Source: Bryobacterales bacterium (GTDB lineage: Bacteria; Acidobacteriota; Terriglobia; Bryobacterales; UBA6623). Taken from it: a stretch of DNA of 64,000 bases. The notes beneath the pieces are model-generated. The model ran no database searches. It worked only from the letters and a program-made list of their open reading frames with translations, and had not been told where the DNA came from. The number at the start of each line of letters is the position of its first letter. Position 1 is the first letter of the stretch. A program made the position numbers and the translations under genes. Of the stretch, positions 49,541-57,996 are shown one piece after another. Where the stretch lies: contig CAXXUI010000002.1 in NCBI GenBank assembly GCA_963662745.2, positions 1,927,622-1,991,621 of the forward strand, given 5' to 3'.

Positions 49541-50794
49541 ATGAGACAAGATATGTCGAATCAGGGAAGCTTGAGCCGCCGGACCCTTCTGATGGCGGGC
49601 GCTGTGGCGGGTGCCGCGCGCTCGCGGCTCACAGCCAAGAGCGCGGCCCGCGTGGTTGGGGCGAATGAGCGCCTGCATGTCGGGGTGATCGGGGCCGGCG
49701 GAAACGCCAACGGCCACATGAGGGCGCTGCAGAGGCTGGCCGACGACGACAACGTCGAGATCACAGCTGTTTGCGACCTGTACGACCCGAGGCGGGAGGC
49801 CGCTGCCGAATTCACGGGCGGGAAGCCTTTCCGGGACTACCGCCGCCTGCTTGAGCATGAGGGCCTCGACTACGTCACGATCTCGGTTCCCGAGCACTGG
49901 CACGCCCCCATCACCTTGGACGCGGCCGACTCCGGTTTGCACATCTATGTTGAGAAGCCCCTGACCTACTCGATCAGCGAGGGCCTTGAGGTCGTGCGCA
50001 AGGTCCAGAACACGGGCGTGCTGCTGCAGTGCGGCATCCAGGGCATGTCCGACGACTCCTACGAAGCTGCGGCGCGGGTGATCGACGATGGCGGAATCGG
50101 CAAGGTCGTCATGGCCCACATCGACTACTCGCGCAATCACCAGGACGACTTCTGGCTGCGTGAGCCTGACCCGGAAGCCAAGCCCGGTGTGAATCTCGAC
50201 TGGAAGATGTTCCTCGGAAAGGCCAGGAAGCGCTCTTGGGATCCGAACCGGTTCTTCTCGTGGCGTCGCTACTGGGATTACTCGGGCGGCATTGCCACGG
50301 ACTTGTTTGTCCACCGGCTGGCGCGCATCGTCAAGGCCTGCGGGCTGACGCTGCCCTCGCGGGTCGTGTCCACCGGCGGCCATTACTACTTCAATGGCGG
50401 CGCCGAGGTCCCTGACACGTTCAACGCGCTGCTGGAGTATCCGGAAGGCGTCAACGTCCTGCTGGTCTCGACGATGGCAAATCAGGCGCAGATGCGCCAC
50501 GTGATTCGCGGCAACAAGGCGACCTTGGAATTCACCCGCGAGGGCTTCACGATCGAGCCAGAGCGTCTGTACCGCGAAGAGGTGCAGCCGCGGCAGCACA
50601 AGAAGTCGGGCGGCGAGGACATGGCCCTGCATCATCACAACCTCCACAACGCCATCCGCAAGGGTGAAGCCCTGAAGTGCGATGTGGAACTGGGCTTCAA
50701 CGTGTCGACCGCCTGCCATATGACGGTCGAGTCGTACCGGCGCAAGAAGTCCCTAGCGTGGGATGCGCGCAAGCGCCGGGTAGTGAGGACCTGA
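49541..50794 (+). CDS. Gfo/Idh/MocA family oxidoreductase with Tat signal
   Basis: It has the twin-arginine signal LSRRTLLMAGAVAGAA, a Rossmann motif VGVIGAGGNANGHM and EKPL. The ATG is 20 nt from the IS right end. Confidence 0.85.
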   Translation: MRQDMSNQGSLSRRTLLMAGAVAGAARSRLTAKSAARVVGANERLHVGVIGAGGNANGHMRALQRLADDDNVEITAVCDLYDPRREAAAEFTGGKPFRDYRRLLEHEGLDYVTISVPEHWHAPITLDAADSGLHIYVEKPLTYSISEGLEVVRKVQNTGVLLQCGIQGMSDDSYEAAARVIDDGGIGKVVMAHIDYSRNHQDDFWLREPDPEAKPGVNLDWKMFLGKARKRSWDPNRFFSWRRYWDYSGGIATDLFVHRLARIVKACGLTLPSRVVSTGGHYYFNGGAEVPDTFNALLEYPEGVNVLLVSTMANQAQMRHVIRGNKATLEFTREGFTIEPERLYREEVQPRQHKKSGGEDMALHHHNLHNAIRKGEALKCDVELGFNVSTACHMTVESYRRKKSLAWDARKRRVVRT

Positions 50795-50840
50795 TACAAG
50801 CGGTGCCGACCCGGCCCGCCCTCTATGCTAGGATCGGGCT

Positions 50841-51191
50841 ATGAACGGCGATCGCGCAAATCGCAGTGACCAAGAGGCTAGGTCCTTCGTCGGCGAGAGT
50901 CTCGCCCTGAACGGCACGATCGTCTCCAGCGGATCGATGACCATTTCCGGGCGGCTCAAGGGTCGGATCGAAGCTCCCTCCCAGAAGCTGGTGGTGTCCG
51001 AGAGCGCTCACGTCGAGGCCAACATCACAGCCGGCGAAGTGATGATCGAAGGCCGGGTGCGCGGCGATGTCAAGGGGAGCCGGCGGGCTACTTTGGTCTC
51101 TACCGCCAACTTGGCCGGCAAGCTGGAGACGCGGGAACTCAAGGTAGAGGAAGGCGCAGTCTTCCGCGGCCAAGTCGACATCATCACCTAG
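50841..51191 (+). CDS. bactofilin family cytoskeletal protein
   Basis: 116 aa with repetitive beta-helix windings (ISGRLKGRIEAPSQKLVVSESAHVEANITAGEVMIEGRVRGDV...), typical of DUF583/bactofilin. Confidence 0.8.
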   Translation: MNGDRANRSDQEARSFVGESLALNGTIVSSGSMTISGRLKGRIEAPSQKLVVSESAHVEANITAGEVMIEGRVRGDVKGSRRATLVSTANLAGKLETRELKVEEGAVFRGQVDIIT

Positions 51192-51342
51192 CTGCTGATC
51201 GTCACCGTCACTTTTTCGGCGGCATCGCTGGACAACTGCTCTGCCAGTTTGAGCCGCTCCGGCCTTCTTGGCGGTCAGCGGCGCCTCCGCCCGAGCCCAG
51301 TCAGCGGGGAACTGTCCCGCAGGCGTCGGCACGGAGGCGCAG

Positions 51343-51954
51343 TCAGCCCGCGGGTTTGCGCGCCTCGATGCTCTTGAGAACGTCTAGGAAGTGCCTCCGG
51401 ACCTGCTGGATGTCGAAGCCCGCCCGCATCACGTTTCGGACGGTGGGCCTGTTCATGGAGGGCCCGTAACGGCTCGCTAAGGGCGTGCATGCGTGAAGCA
51501 GCGCGTTGAAGGGGAACCAACGGCTGACAGTGTGCTCGAACATGCTGAGCGTTCCTCCCGGGCGCAGCACGCGCTTGATCTGGCGGAGACCTGAGACAGG
51601 ATCCGACACGGAGCAGAACGTGCAGGAGGTGTAGGCCTGGTCGAAGGAGCAGTCCGCGAAGGCCAGGCTGCGCACATCCATTTGCTGGAGTTCAACGCTG
51701 GCGCGGCACTGCTTGGCACGGGCGGCGGCCCGCTGCAGCATGCGCCCGCTCACATCAATCGCTACGACTTCCTGGGCGGGAGGGAAGAACTGGAAGTCTA
51801 AGCCTGTCCCTGCCGCTAGGAAGAGCACTCTGCCGCTCATTCCGGAGAACAGCTCGCGCTTGAACGCGCCCCAGCGCTGCTCGGCTGCCTTGGACGCCAG
51901 TCCCCCGTAGTGCGGCGCAGCCCGGTCCCACTTCCGGCGGTCGTCGTCAGGCAT
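51343..51954 (-). CDS. class I SAM-dependent methyltransferase
   Basis: It has motif I VLFLAAGTGLD, a post-I VAIDVS and VLRPGGTLSMFEH, in a Methyltransf_11-like layout. Confidence 0.8.
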   Translation of the reverse strand: MPDDDRRKWDRAAPHYGGLASKAAEQRWGAFKRELFSGMSGRVLFLAAGTGLDFQFFPPAQEVVAIDVSGRMLQRAAARAKQCRASVELQQMDVRSLAFADCSFDQAYTSCTFCSVSDPVSGLRQIKRVLRPGGTLSMFEHTVSRWFPFNALLHACTPLASRYGPSMNRPTVRNVMRAGFDIQQVRRHFLDVLKSIEARKPAG

Positions 51955-52336
51955 CCGGCGCCTTCCTCTGCAATGCCCAGTTACAGGTTGCCACGAAGGC
52001 CGACGACGCTGTCCCGCAGATGGCCCCCATGGCCGAGAGGGTCGCGGGACCGGAATCGGCGCAGCCTGCTGAGAGCATGGGCGCCGCCATGCCGGCCGCC
52101 ATCCCGCCCAGCATGATATGGATCATCGGCTCGATGGCGCCGAGAACCGGCGCTGCCACTGCCCAGAACGGGAGCGAAGCCACCATGCCGAGGGTCATGC
52201 CGAGCGGCATGGTCACCGCCATCGGCCACTCGCAGGGCAGGGCGGCGGCCGCAAGCGGGAGGATGCAGGCGCATGCGAGGGCCGTTGCGGCCCAGTCCCC
52301 CAGCAGGTACTTCGTCCGGAGCTGGAGGCTGCGCAT
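51947..52336 (-). CDS. small integral membrane protein (unknown family)
   Basis: 129 aa from the ATG at 52334-52336. It has 3-4 hydrophobic, Gly/Ala/Met-rich segments. Its stop overlaps the methyltransferase start by 8 nt. Confidence 0.5.
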   Translation of the reverse strand: MRSLQLRTKYLLGDWAATALACACILPLAAAALPCEWPMAVTMPLGMTLGMVASLPFWAVAAPVLGAIEPMIHIMLGGMAAGMAAPMLSAGCADSGPATLSAMGAICGTASSAFVATCNWALQRKAPDA

Positions 52337-52346
52337 CGGGAAGCTC

Positions 52347-52994
52347 TCAGTTCCGGCGCAGGCTTTCCAAGTAGCGCGAGACCTTGCGAGCGTCCTTGAC
52401 GCCTGGTCGCCGCTCGAGGAGCGAACTGGCGTCGACACCCCACGGACGGACCGAGCGGACGGCGTCGGCGACATTGCTGCCGTCGAGTCCCCCGGCGAGC
52501 ACGACTCTCCCGAAACGCTTGGCATTGATCGCTAGATGCCAAGGGAAGGTCTCGCCCGTGCCGCCGTAGGCGCCCCGCTTGGACGTGTCGAGCAGGTACC
52601 CGTCGACGGGGAAGTCCGCCAAGCTGGCCCCGTCGAATCCCTCTCCGACGCGCGTGGCCTTCCAGAGCTCTGGACCCGCTCCGATCGCCCGGCGTACAGC
52701 ACGGCACTGCTCGGGCGTCTCGTCGCCGTGCAGCTGGACGACATCGGCTCCCGTGTACCGCAGCGTCCCGGCAATTCGCTCAGGTTGCTCGTTAACGAAC
52801 ACGGCCACCCGGCGCACGCCATCCGGGATGTGCGCGACGACCAGCCGCGCTTGCCCAAGGGAGACGGCTCTGGGGCTGCCATGGTAGAAGACCATGCCGA
52901 TGGCGTTAGCCCCGGCGCGGACGGCGAAGTCTGCATCGGCGGGTCGGGTGACGCCACAGACTTTGCGGACGGCCACTGTCCAGAGCTGTGCCAC
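52347..52994 (-). CDS. trpF: phosphoribosylanthranilate isomerase
   Basis: It has VKVCGVTRPADADFAVRAGANAIGMVF, VQLHGDETPE, LLDTS..GGTGETFPW and LAGGL. The start is uncertain (GTG at 52994 or GTG at 52976). Confidence 0.88.
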   Translation of the reverse strand: MAQLWTVAVRKVCGVTRPADADFAVRAGANAIGMVFYHGSPRAVSLGQARLVVAHIPDGVRRVAVFVNEQPERIAGTLRYTGADVVQLHGDETPEQCRAVRRAIGAGPELWKATRVGEGFDGASLADFPVDGYLLDTSKRGAYGGTGETFPWHLAINAKRFGRVVLAGGLDGSNVADAVRSVRPWGVDASSLLERRPGVKDARKVSRYLESLRRN

Positions 52995-53258
52995 AGGATC
53001 CAGCCTACCAACGATTCAGGCGGATCGGGACTCGCCGAGTGCAGGCCCGAGATCGGACGGTCTGGGCGAGCAGCCCCATGTGCCGAAGCTCGCCTTGAGG
53101 CATCCTCCTCCCTGCAGGCTGGCTGGTAGGATCCGTGTCTCCGCGTGTTTCTTCGGCACGAGGTTGAGGTTGGAGTTGGAGGCGGCGAGTGAGCACGGGC
53201 TGAAGCCCCAGATTGCGGGGCGTCGGAGCCGGCCAGGAGCATCGGCTAGGCTTGATCC

Positions 53259-54674
53259 ATGCTGATCGGTCTCATGCTCGCCTGCGGTCTCTTGGCATCA
53301 ACCCTTTCAGCGGATTCGGGCTGGATGCGATTTCGTGGGCCGAACGGCGCTGGAGTGGCGGAGGACGGAGGGCTGCCTGTCTCGTTCGGGCCGGACACCA
53401 ACGTGGTGTGGAAAACCGCCCTGCCGCGTGGCAAGTCCTCGCCGGTCCTGGCTGACGGCAAGGTCTTTCTGACGGCTCACGAGGGCGGTCAGCTGCTAAC
53501 CATCGCGCTCGACCAGTTCACCGGTCGCGAGCTGTGGCGTCGGGCCGCCCCCTCGCGAAGAAGTGAGCGCATGCACCGCCTGAATGACGAGGCGGCCCCC
53601 ACGCCCGTGACGGATGGCAGCAACGTGTACGCGTTCTTCGGCGGCTACGGCCTCGTGTCGTATGACCGTGACGGGGTCGAGCGATGGACCCTGCCGCTCG
53701 GCCCGTTCACCAACTACCACGGGATGGGCGCTTCCCCCATCCTCGTCGACGGCAAGTTGATCTTGGTTTGCGACCAAGACTTGGAGTCCTACCTGCTGGC
53801 GGTGGACCCGTCCGACGGCGAGATCCTCTGGAAGCGTCAGCGCCCTGACTTTGTCCACAGCTTCTCGACTCCCGTCGTCCACCGGACGGAGGACGACGGC
53901 CCTGTCATCGTGGTGCCGGGTTCGTACCGGATGACGGGATATTCCCCCGCCGGAGTCGAAGTGTGGCGGCTGGACGGCCTGACGTATCAGGTCAAGTCCG
54001 GCCCGGTAGTGGACGGTGACCGGCTGTTCTTCAGCGGCTGGGCCGTGGGCAGCGAGCCCGTCTCGCGGCTGGAGCTTCCGGCATGGGACGAGATCCGGGA
54101 GCGCTTCGACAGCAACGGGGACGATGAGCTGGACCGGTCGGAGTTGCGGGAGGACTGGCATCCGCGCAGCTGGGAGATGCACGACCGCAACAAGAACGGC
54201 ACGCTAGACGCCCGTGATTGGTCCCACTACCGTGCGAGGCGCATCTCGGAGAATTCCTGCATCGCCGTTCGCCTTGGGGGCCGTGGAGACGTGACGAAGT
54301 CTCACCTCCTCTGGCGCTACCAGAAGTCCCTGCCCGAAGTCGCCTCGCCCTTGTTGTACCGGGGAGTGCTCTACCTCGTGCGCAACGGGGGGATCGTGAC
54401 GGCCTTGGATCCGCGCACCGGCACGGTGCTCAAGCAAGGGCGGCTTCGCGATGCGCTCGATGGATTCTATGCCTCACCCGTAGCCGGTGACGGCAAGGTC
54501 TATATGGCTAGCGACGCCGGCCGGATCGCAGTGGTGGAGGCCGGCAGCGACTGGAGGGTGCTCTCAACCAATGACCTTGGGGAAGACGTCTATGCCACTC
54601 CTGCCATCGCCAGCGGGAGGCTGTTCATCCGCACCGCGACGCGGCTGTACTGCTTTGGCGAGCCCGGTAGGTGA
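53259..54674 (+). CDS. PQQ-like beta-propeller repeat protein with an inserted EF-hand pair
   Basis: It has a signal peptide and repeated propeller motifs (SSPVLADGKVFL, ASPILVDGKLILV, SGPVVDGDRLFF, ASPLLYRGVLYL, ASPVAGDGKVYM, ATPAIASGRLFI). The EF-hand loops are DSNGDDELDRSE and DRNKNGTLDARD. Confidence 0.85.
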   Translation: MLIGLMLACGLLASTLSADSGWMRFRGPNGAGVAEDGGLPVSFGPDTNVVWKTALPRGKSSPVLADGKVFLTAHEGGQLLTIALDQFTGRELWRRAAPSRRSERMHRLNDEAAPTPVTDGSNVYAFFGGYGLVSYDRDGVERWTLPLGPFTNYHGMGASPILVDGKLILVCDQDLESYLLAVDPSDGEILWKRQRPDFVHSFSTPVVHRTEDDGPVIVVPGSYRMTGYSPAGVEVWRLDGLTYQVKSGPVVDGDRLFFSGWAVGSEPVSRLELPAWDEIRERFDSNGDDELDRSELREDWHPRSWEMHDRNKNGTLDARDWSHYRARRISENSCIAVRLGGRGDVTKSHLLWRYQKSLPEVASPLLYRGVLYLVRNGGIVTALDPRTGTVLKQGRLRDALDGFYASPVAGDGKVYMASDAGRIAVVEAGSDWRVLSTNDLGEDVYATPAIASGRLFIRTATRLYCFGEPGR

Positions 54675-54927
54675 GGCGCAGGAGCCTTCGCCTCCCACAG
54701 ACCGGAGACAGGACATCCCGCCTTCAGGCCGGCGAGTCGCCAGGCCCGCGGCGGGAACGTCCCTCCGCTGAATCCCGTCACGAGCGGGCTAGCACGCATT
54801 CCGACCGTCTGGGCGGGAAAATCTTCGGGACAGTCTACTTGCAGCGTCGAGTTTGTTCACAGGCGGCCGGGCAGCGCCCTGTGCGGACCCGGCTTGACGG
54901 GCGTCATGCAGACCGCGCTGTGGCGAC

Positions 54928-56514
54928 CTAGTCGCTGCCGTCCGGAGCGTGGATTGCGAGCTGGCGGACGCGATCCGGCAGCGATTGGATGCGGCCGATG
55001 TCCTCCAGCCGCTCGAGGTGCGCGACGACCTGCCAGATGGCGAACTGCTTGGCGGGCCTAGGCAGGTCCTTGTACTCTTCCCTCACCATCCGCTCTGGAT
55101 CTTGCATCCCGGCGCGCCAGAGCGCGAGGATGCGTTCCTCGCGCTGGAGCCGGTGTCGCCGGATGTCGGAAAGGGCCTTGGACGCATCCCGGTACATGGT
55201 CCCGTGACTTGGCAGCAGGACTGTCGGGTTCCAAGCCAGCAGCGCGTGGATTGATTCCAAGTACTGCGTCATGCTGCCGTCGGGTGGGCTGATCACGACG
55301 GTCCCGAATCCCGAGACCATGTCCCCGGCCAATAGAGCTCGCGTGCGCTCCTCTAGGAAGCAGAGGTGCCCGCTTGCATGGCCTGGCGTGTGGATCGCCC
55401 TCATCCTGAGCCGCGGTCGCCCGTCGAGTTCGACCACCTCGCCGTCGCGGATGTATCCGTCGGCCTCGATTCCCCGGCTGGCCAGCATGCGTGCCGTGGA
55501 TGGATGGCAGCGCAGCGGAGCCGAGTAGCGGCGACGCGCCTCTTCGGCTCCGGCCACATGGTCGTCGTGATGGTGCGACAGCCAGATTTCACGAAGCGAC
55601 CCGCCAGTTCGCTGCGACTCGGAGTCGATGACTGCGAACAGGTCCTGCAGCTCGCTGGGCCACGGTGTGCCGGGATCGATCAGGACCATGTCCTTGCCCC
55701 CGATCAGTATCGCGTTGGTGTGCGTGGCGGGTGGTAGCGTCCGGGTCGCGACCGGAATCACGCGGATCAGCGGGAGGAATTCGATGGCATGAGCTTGGTC
55801 GGGCTTGAGTGCTTGGGACTTCCAGAGCCGATCGGCTCCCTCGGGCCCCTCGTGAGCCAGCGTGCGGATCGTCTCGAGCGTGGGCTGAGCGAGCCGGGCC
55901 TTCCCGGCGCGCCACTGTGCGAGGGCGTCAGATGCGGCGATCCACTCCCCGCTGGCCAGCTCCCCGGGAATGACGGACGGCTGGCCATGGGGGCTGTCTG
56001 GCCATTCCAGCAGGAAGAATGTAGCGTCGAAGCGGATCTTCGACAGCGGTGGCGTGACCCATCGGCCGGCGTAGCAGAGACCGGAGGCGTCCAAGGCTAC
56101 ACCGTGGCGGCGGAGCCAAGCTCCGAAGTCGAGCCGACCGGCAAGTAGCTCCTCCCGGGCCTGATCGATCTCGGCTGCTGGCGGACAGGCGCCTGCCAAG
56201 GGCAGGATGCCGGTCTCTTCGAACAGTTCGCGCAACGCGCAGGCCATGTGGGCGGCGGGCGGTCCGGAGGCGCGATAGGAGTCCGCACCCCGAATCTCCC
56301 CAGTCAGCGGCAGGGACTGGTCGCTGCCAGACATGCCTCCGCCGGGAAACGCGTTCCAGCCGCCCATGAAGCGCAGGGACTCGGACCGCAGTACCCAGAA
56401 AATCTCGCACCGCCCCGCGCCGCGGCGGCGGTACGGCACCACCCCTGCGGACAGTCGCAAGCGGGGAGCCTCACGGTCTTGGCTCCGGTTCGGCGATGTT
56501 TCCGGAGCCGCCAA
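54928..56514 (-). CDS. NUDIX-like domain fused to MBL-fold metallo-hydrolase
   Basis: The N-terminal part is Nudix-like (GGWNAFPGGG...CALRELFEETGILP). The C-terminal part has the metallo-beta-lactamase motif LSHHHDDHVAG plus HTPGHASGH. The listed start is a TTG. Confidence 0.75.
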   Translation of the reverse strand: MAAPETSPNRSQDREAPRLRLSAGVVPYRRRGAGRCEIFWVLRSESLRFMGGWNAFPGGGMSGSDQSLPLTGEIRGADSYRASGPPAAHMACALRELFEETGILPLAGACPPAAEIDQAREELLAGRLDFGAWLRRHGVALDASGLCYAGRWVTPPLSKIRFDATFFLLEWPDSPHGQPSVIPGELASGEWIAASDALAQWRAGKARLAQPTLETIRTLAHEGPEGADRLWKSQALKPDQAHAIEFLPLIRVIPVATRTLPPATHTNAILIGGKDMVLIDPGTPWPSELQDLFAVIDSESQRTGGSLREIWLSHHHDDHVAGAEEARRRYSAPLRCHPSTARMLASRGIEADGYIRDGEVVELDGRPRLRMRAIHTPGHASGHLCFLEERTRALLAGDMVSGFGTVVISPPDGSMTQYLESIHALLAWNPTVLLPSHGTMYRDASKALSDIRRHRLQREERILALWRAGMQDPERMVREEYKDLPRPAKQFAIWQVVAHLERLEDIGRIQSLPDRVRQLAIHAPDGSD

Positions 56515-56551
56515 GCGATCTACCGTAGCACGGGCTCGGACCGAACCGGCC

Positions 56552-57967
56552 TCAAGCCAGAGCTTCGCTGATCAGCCTTCCGCCGTTGATCGTCGGACGC
56601 TCCGACCGCCCGTTGTGGAGGTAGGTGAGGCTCAGATGGTCCAAGCCCATCAGGTGCAGGATCGTGGCGTGGATGTCGTGGACATGATACGGCGATTCGG
56701 CCGCGCGCAGCCCTAACTCGTCCGTCGTGCCGATCGTCTGGCCGCCTTGCACTCCGCCGCCGGCCATCCAGATGCTGAAGCCCCAAGGGTTGTGATCCCG
56801 TCCGTCGCCCTTCTCGTTGAACGGCGTGCGTCCGAACTCGCCGCCCCAGATGACCAGCGTGTCGTCAAGCATCCCTCTCGACTTGAGGTCCGCGAGCAGG
56901 CCGGCGATGGGCTTGTCCGAGACGCCGCACCATTTGGTGTGATTCTCTTCGATCTTCGTGTGAGCGTCCCATCCGCCACAGTACGCTTGGACGAACCGCA
57001 CGCCCCGCTCCACTAGGCGCCGCGCCAGCAGTAGGTTCCTCCCGTATACGGCGGTCTGTTCCTCGTCCATGCCGTACAGCTGCTGGGTCGACTCGGACTC
57101 AGTGGAAAGGTCGACCGCTTCGGGCGCATGCGCCTGCATGCGGTAGGCGAGCTCGTAGGACTGCAGTCGGGCGTCCAACTCGGTCTCGTGGCGGTGCTTG
57201 GAGGAGTGATGGCGGTTCAGCGCCGCCAGCAGGTCCAGCTTGCCGCGCTGCTGCCTGGGGCCGACGCCGTCCGGCGTCTCCAGGTTCAGGATCGGGGCCC
57301 CTTCCTGCTTGAAGAGCGTCCCTTGGTAGGTGGCTGGCAGGAAGCCCGCACTCCAGTTCTTCGAGCCACCGTTGATGCGCACCTCGTCATTGAGGATGAC
57401 GAAGGTCGGCAGGTTGCGATTGGCGGAGCCGAGGCCGTAAGTCACCCACGATCCCAGCGACGGCCGCCCCGCGAGGATCGAGCCGGTGTTCATCTGGCAC
57501 ACCGAGCCGACATGGTTCAGCCCATCCGCGTGGCAGGAGCGGATCACGGCGAGGTCATCGGCGTGCTGGGCGACATGCGGGTACCAGTCCGAGACCCAGA
57601 GACCGCTCTGCCCATGCCGGCTCCACTCGCGACGGGACGGCATGAGCGTGTTGTGCGATGTGCCGGGCATCGCGGTGAGCGGCCGTCCGAAGGATGGTGG
57701 CAGGGGCTGCCCCGCGAACTCCTCCAAGGCCGGCTTGGGGTCGAAGGTGTCGACGTGGCTCGGGCCGCCCTCCATGAAGCACCAGATCACCGACTTCGCC
57801 TTGGGCGCGTGGTGCGGCTCTTGGGCCGCCAAGGGATCCCGAACGGCCGCCAGTCCGGTGTCTGCGTCCAGAGCGGCCAGCGCCAACGCGCCGAGGCCGC
57901 CGCTGGCCTGCGTGAGGAAGGCCCGGCGGCTGGCCGCCGCCGGCGCGTCTTGAAGGTGCTTGCGCAT
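56552..57967 (-). CDS. DUF1501 domain protein, Tat signal (second copy)
   Basis: It has the Tat motif SRRAFLTQASGGLGALALA, plus GEFGRTP and GRDHN. I prefer the ATG at 57965-57967 preceded by GAGAGG. The listed TTG at 58000 is an alternative. Confidence 0.9.
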   Translation of the reverse strand: MRKHLQDAPAAASRRAFLTQASGGLGALALAALDADTGLAAVRDPLAAQEPHHAPKAKSVIWCFMEGGPSHVDTFDPKPALEEFAGQPLPPSFGRPLTAMPGTSHNTLMPSRREWSRHGQSGLWVSDWYPHVAQHADDLAVIRSCHADGLNHVGSVCQMNTGSILAGRPSLGSWVTYGLGSANRNLPTFVILNDEVRINGGSKNWSAGFLPATYQGTLFKQEGAPILNLETPDGVGPRQQRGKLDLLAALNRHHSSKHRHETELDARLQSYELAYRMQAHAPEAVDLSTESESTQQLYGMDEEQTAVYGRNLLLARRLVERGVRFVQAYCGGWDAHTKIEENHTKWCGVSDKPIAGLLADLKSRGMLDDTLVIWGGEFGRTPFNEKGDGRDHNPWGFSIWMAGGGVQGGQTIGTTDELGLRAAESPYHVHDIHATILHLMGLDHLSLTYLHNGRSERPTINGGRLISEALA

Positions 57968-57996
57968 CGAGGTGCCTCTCTTGCAGCCGGGCCGCG

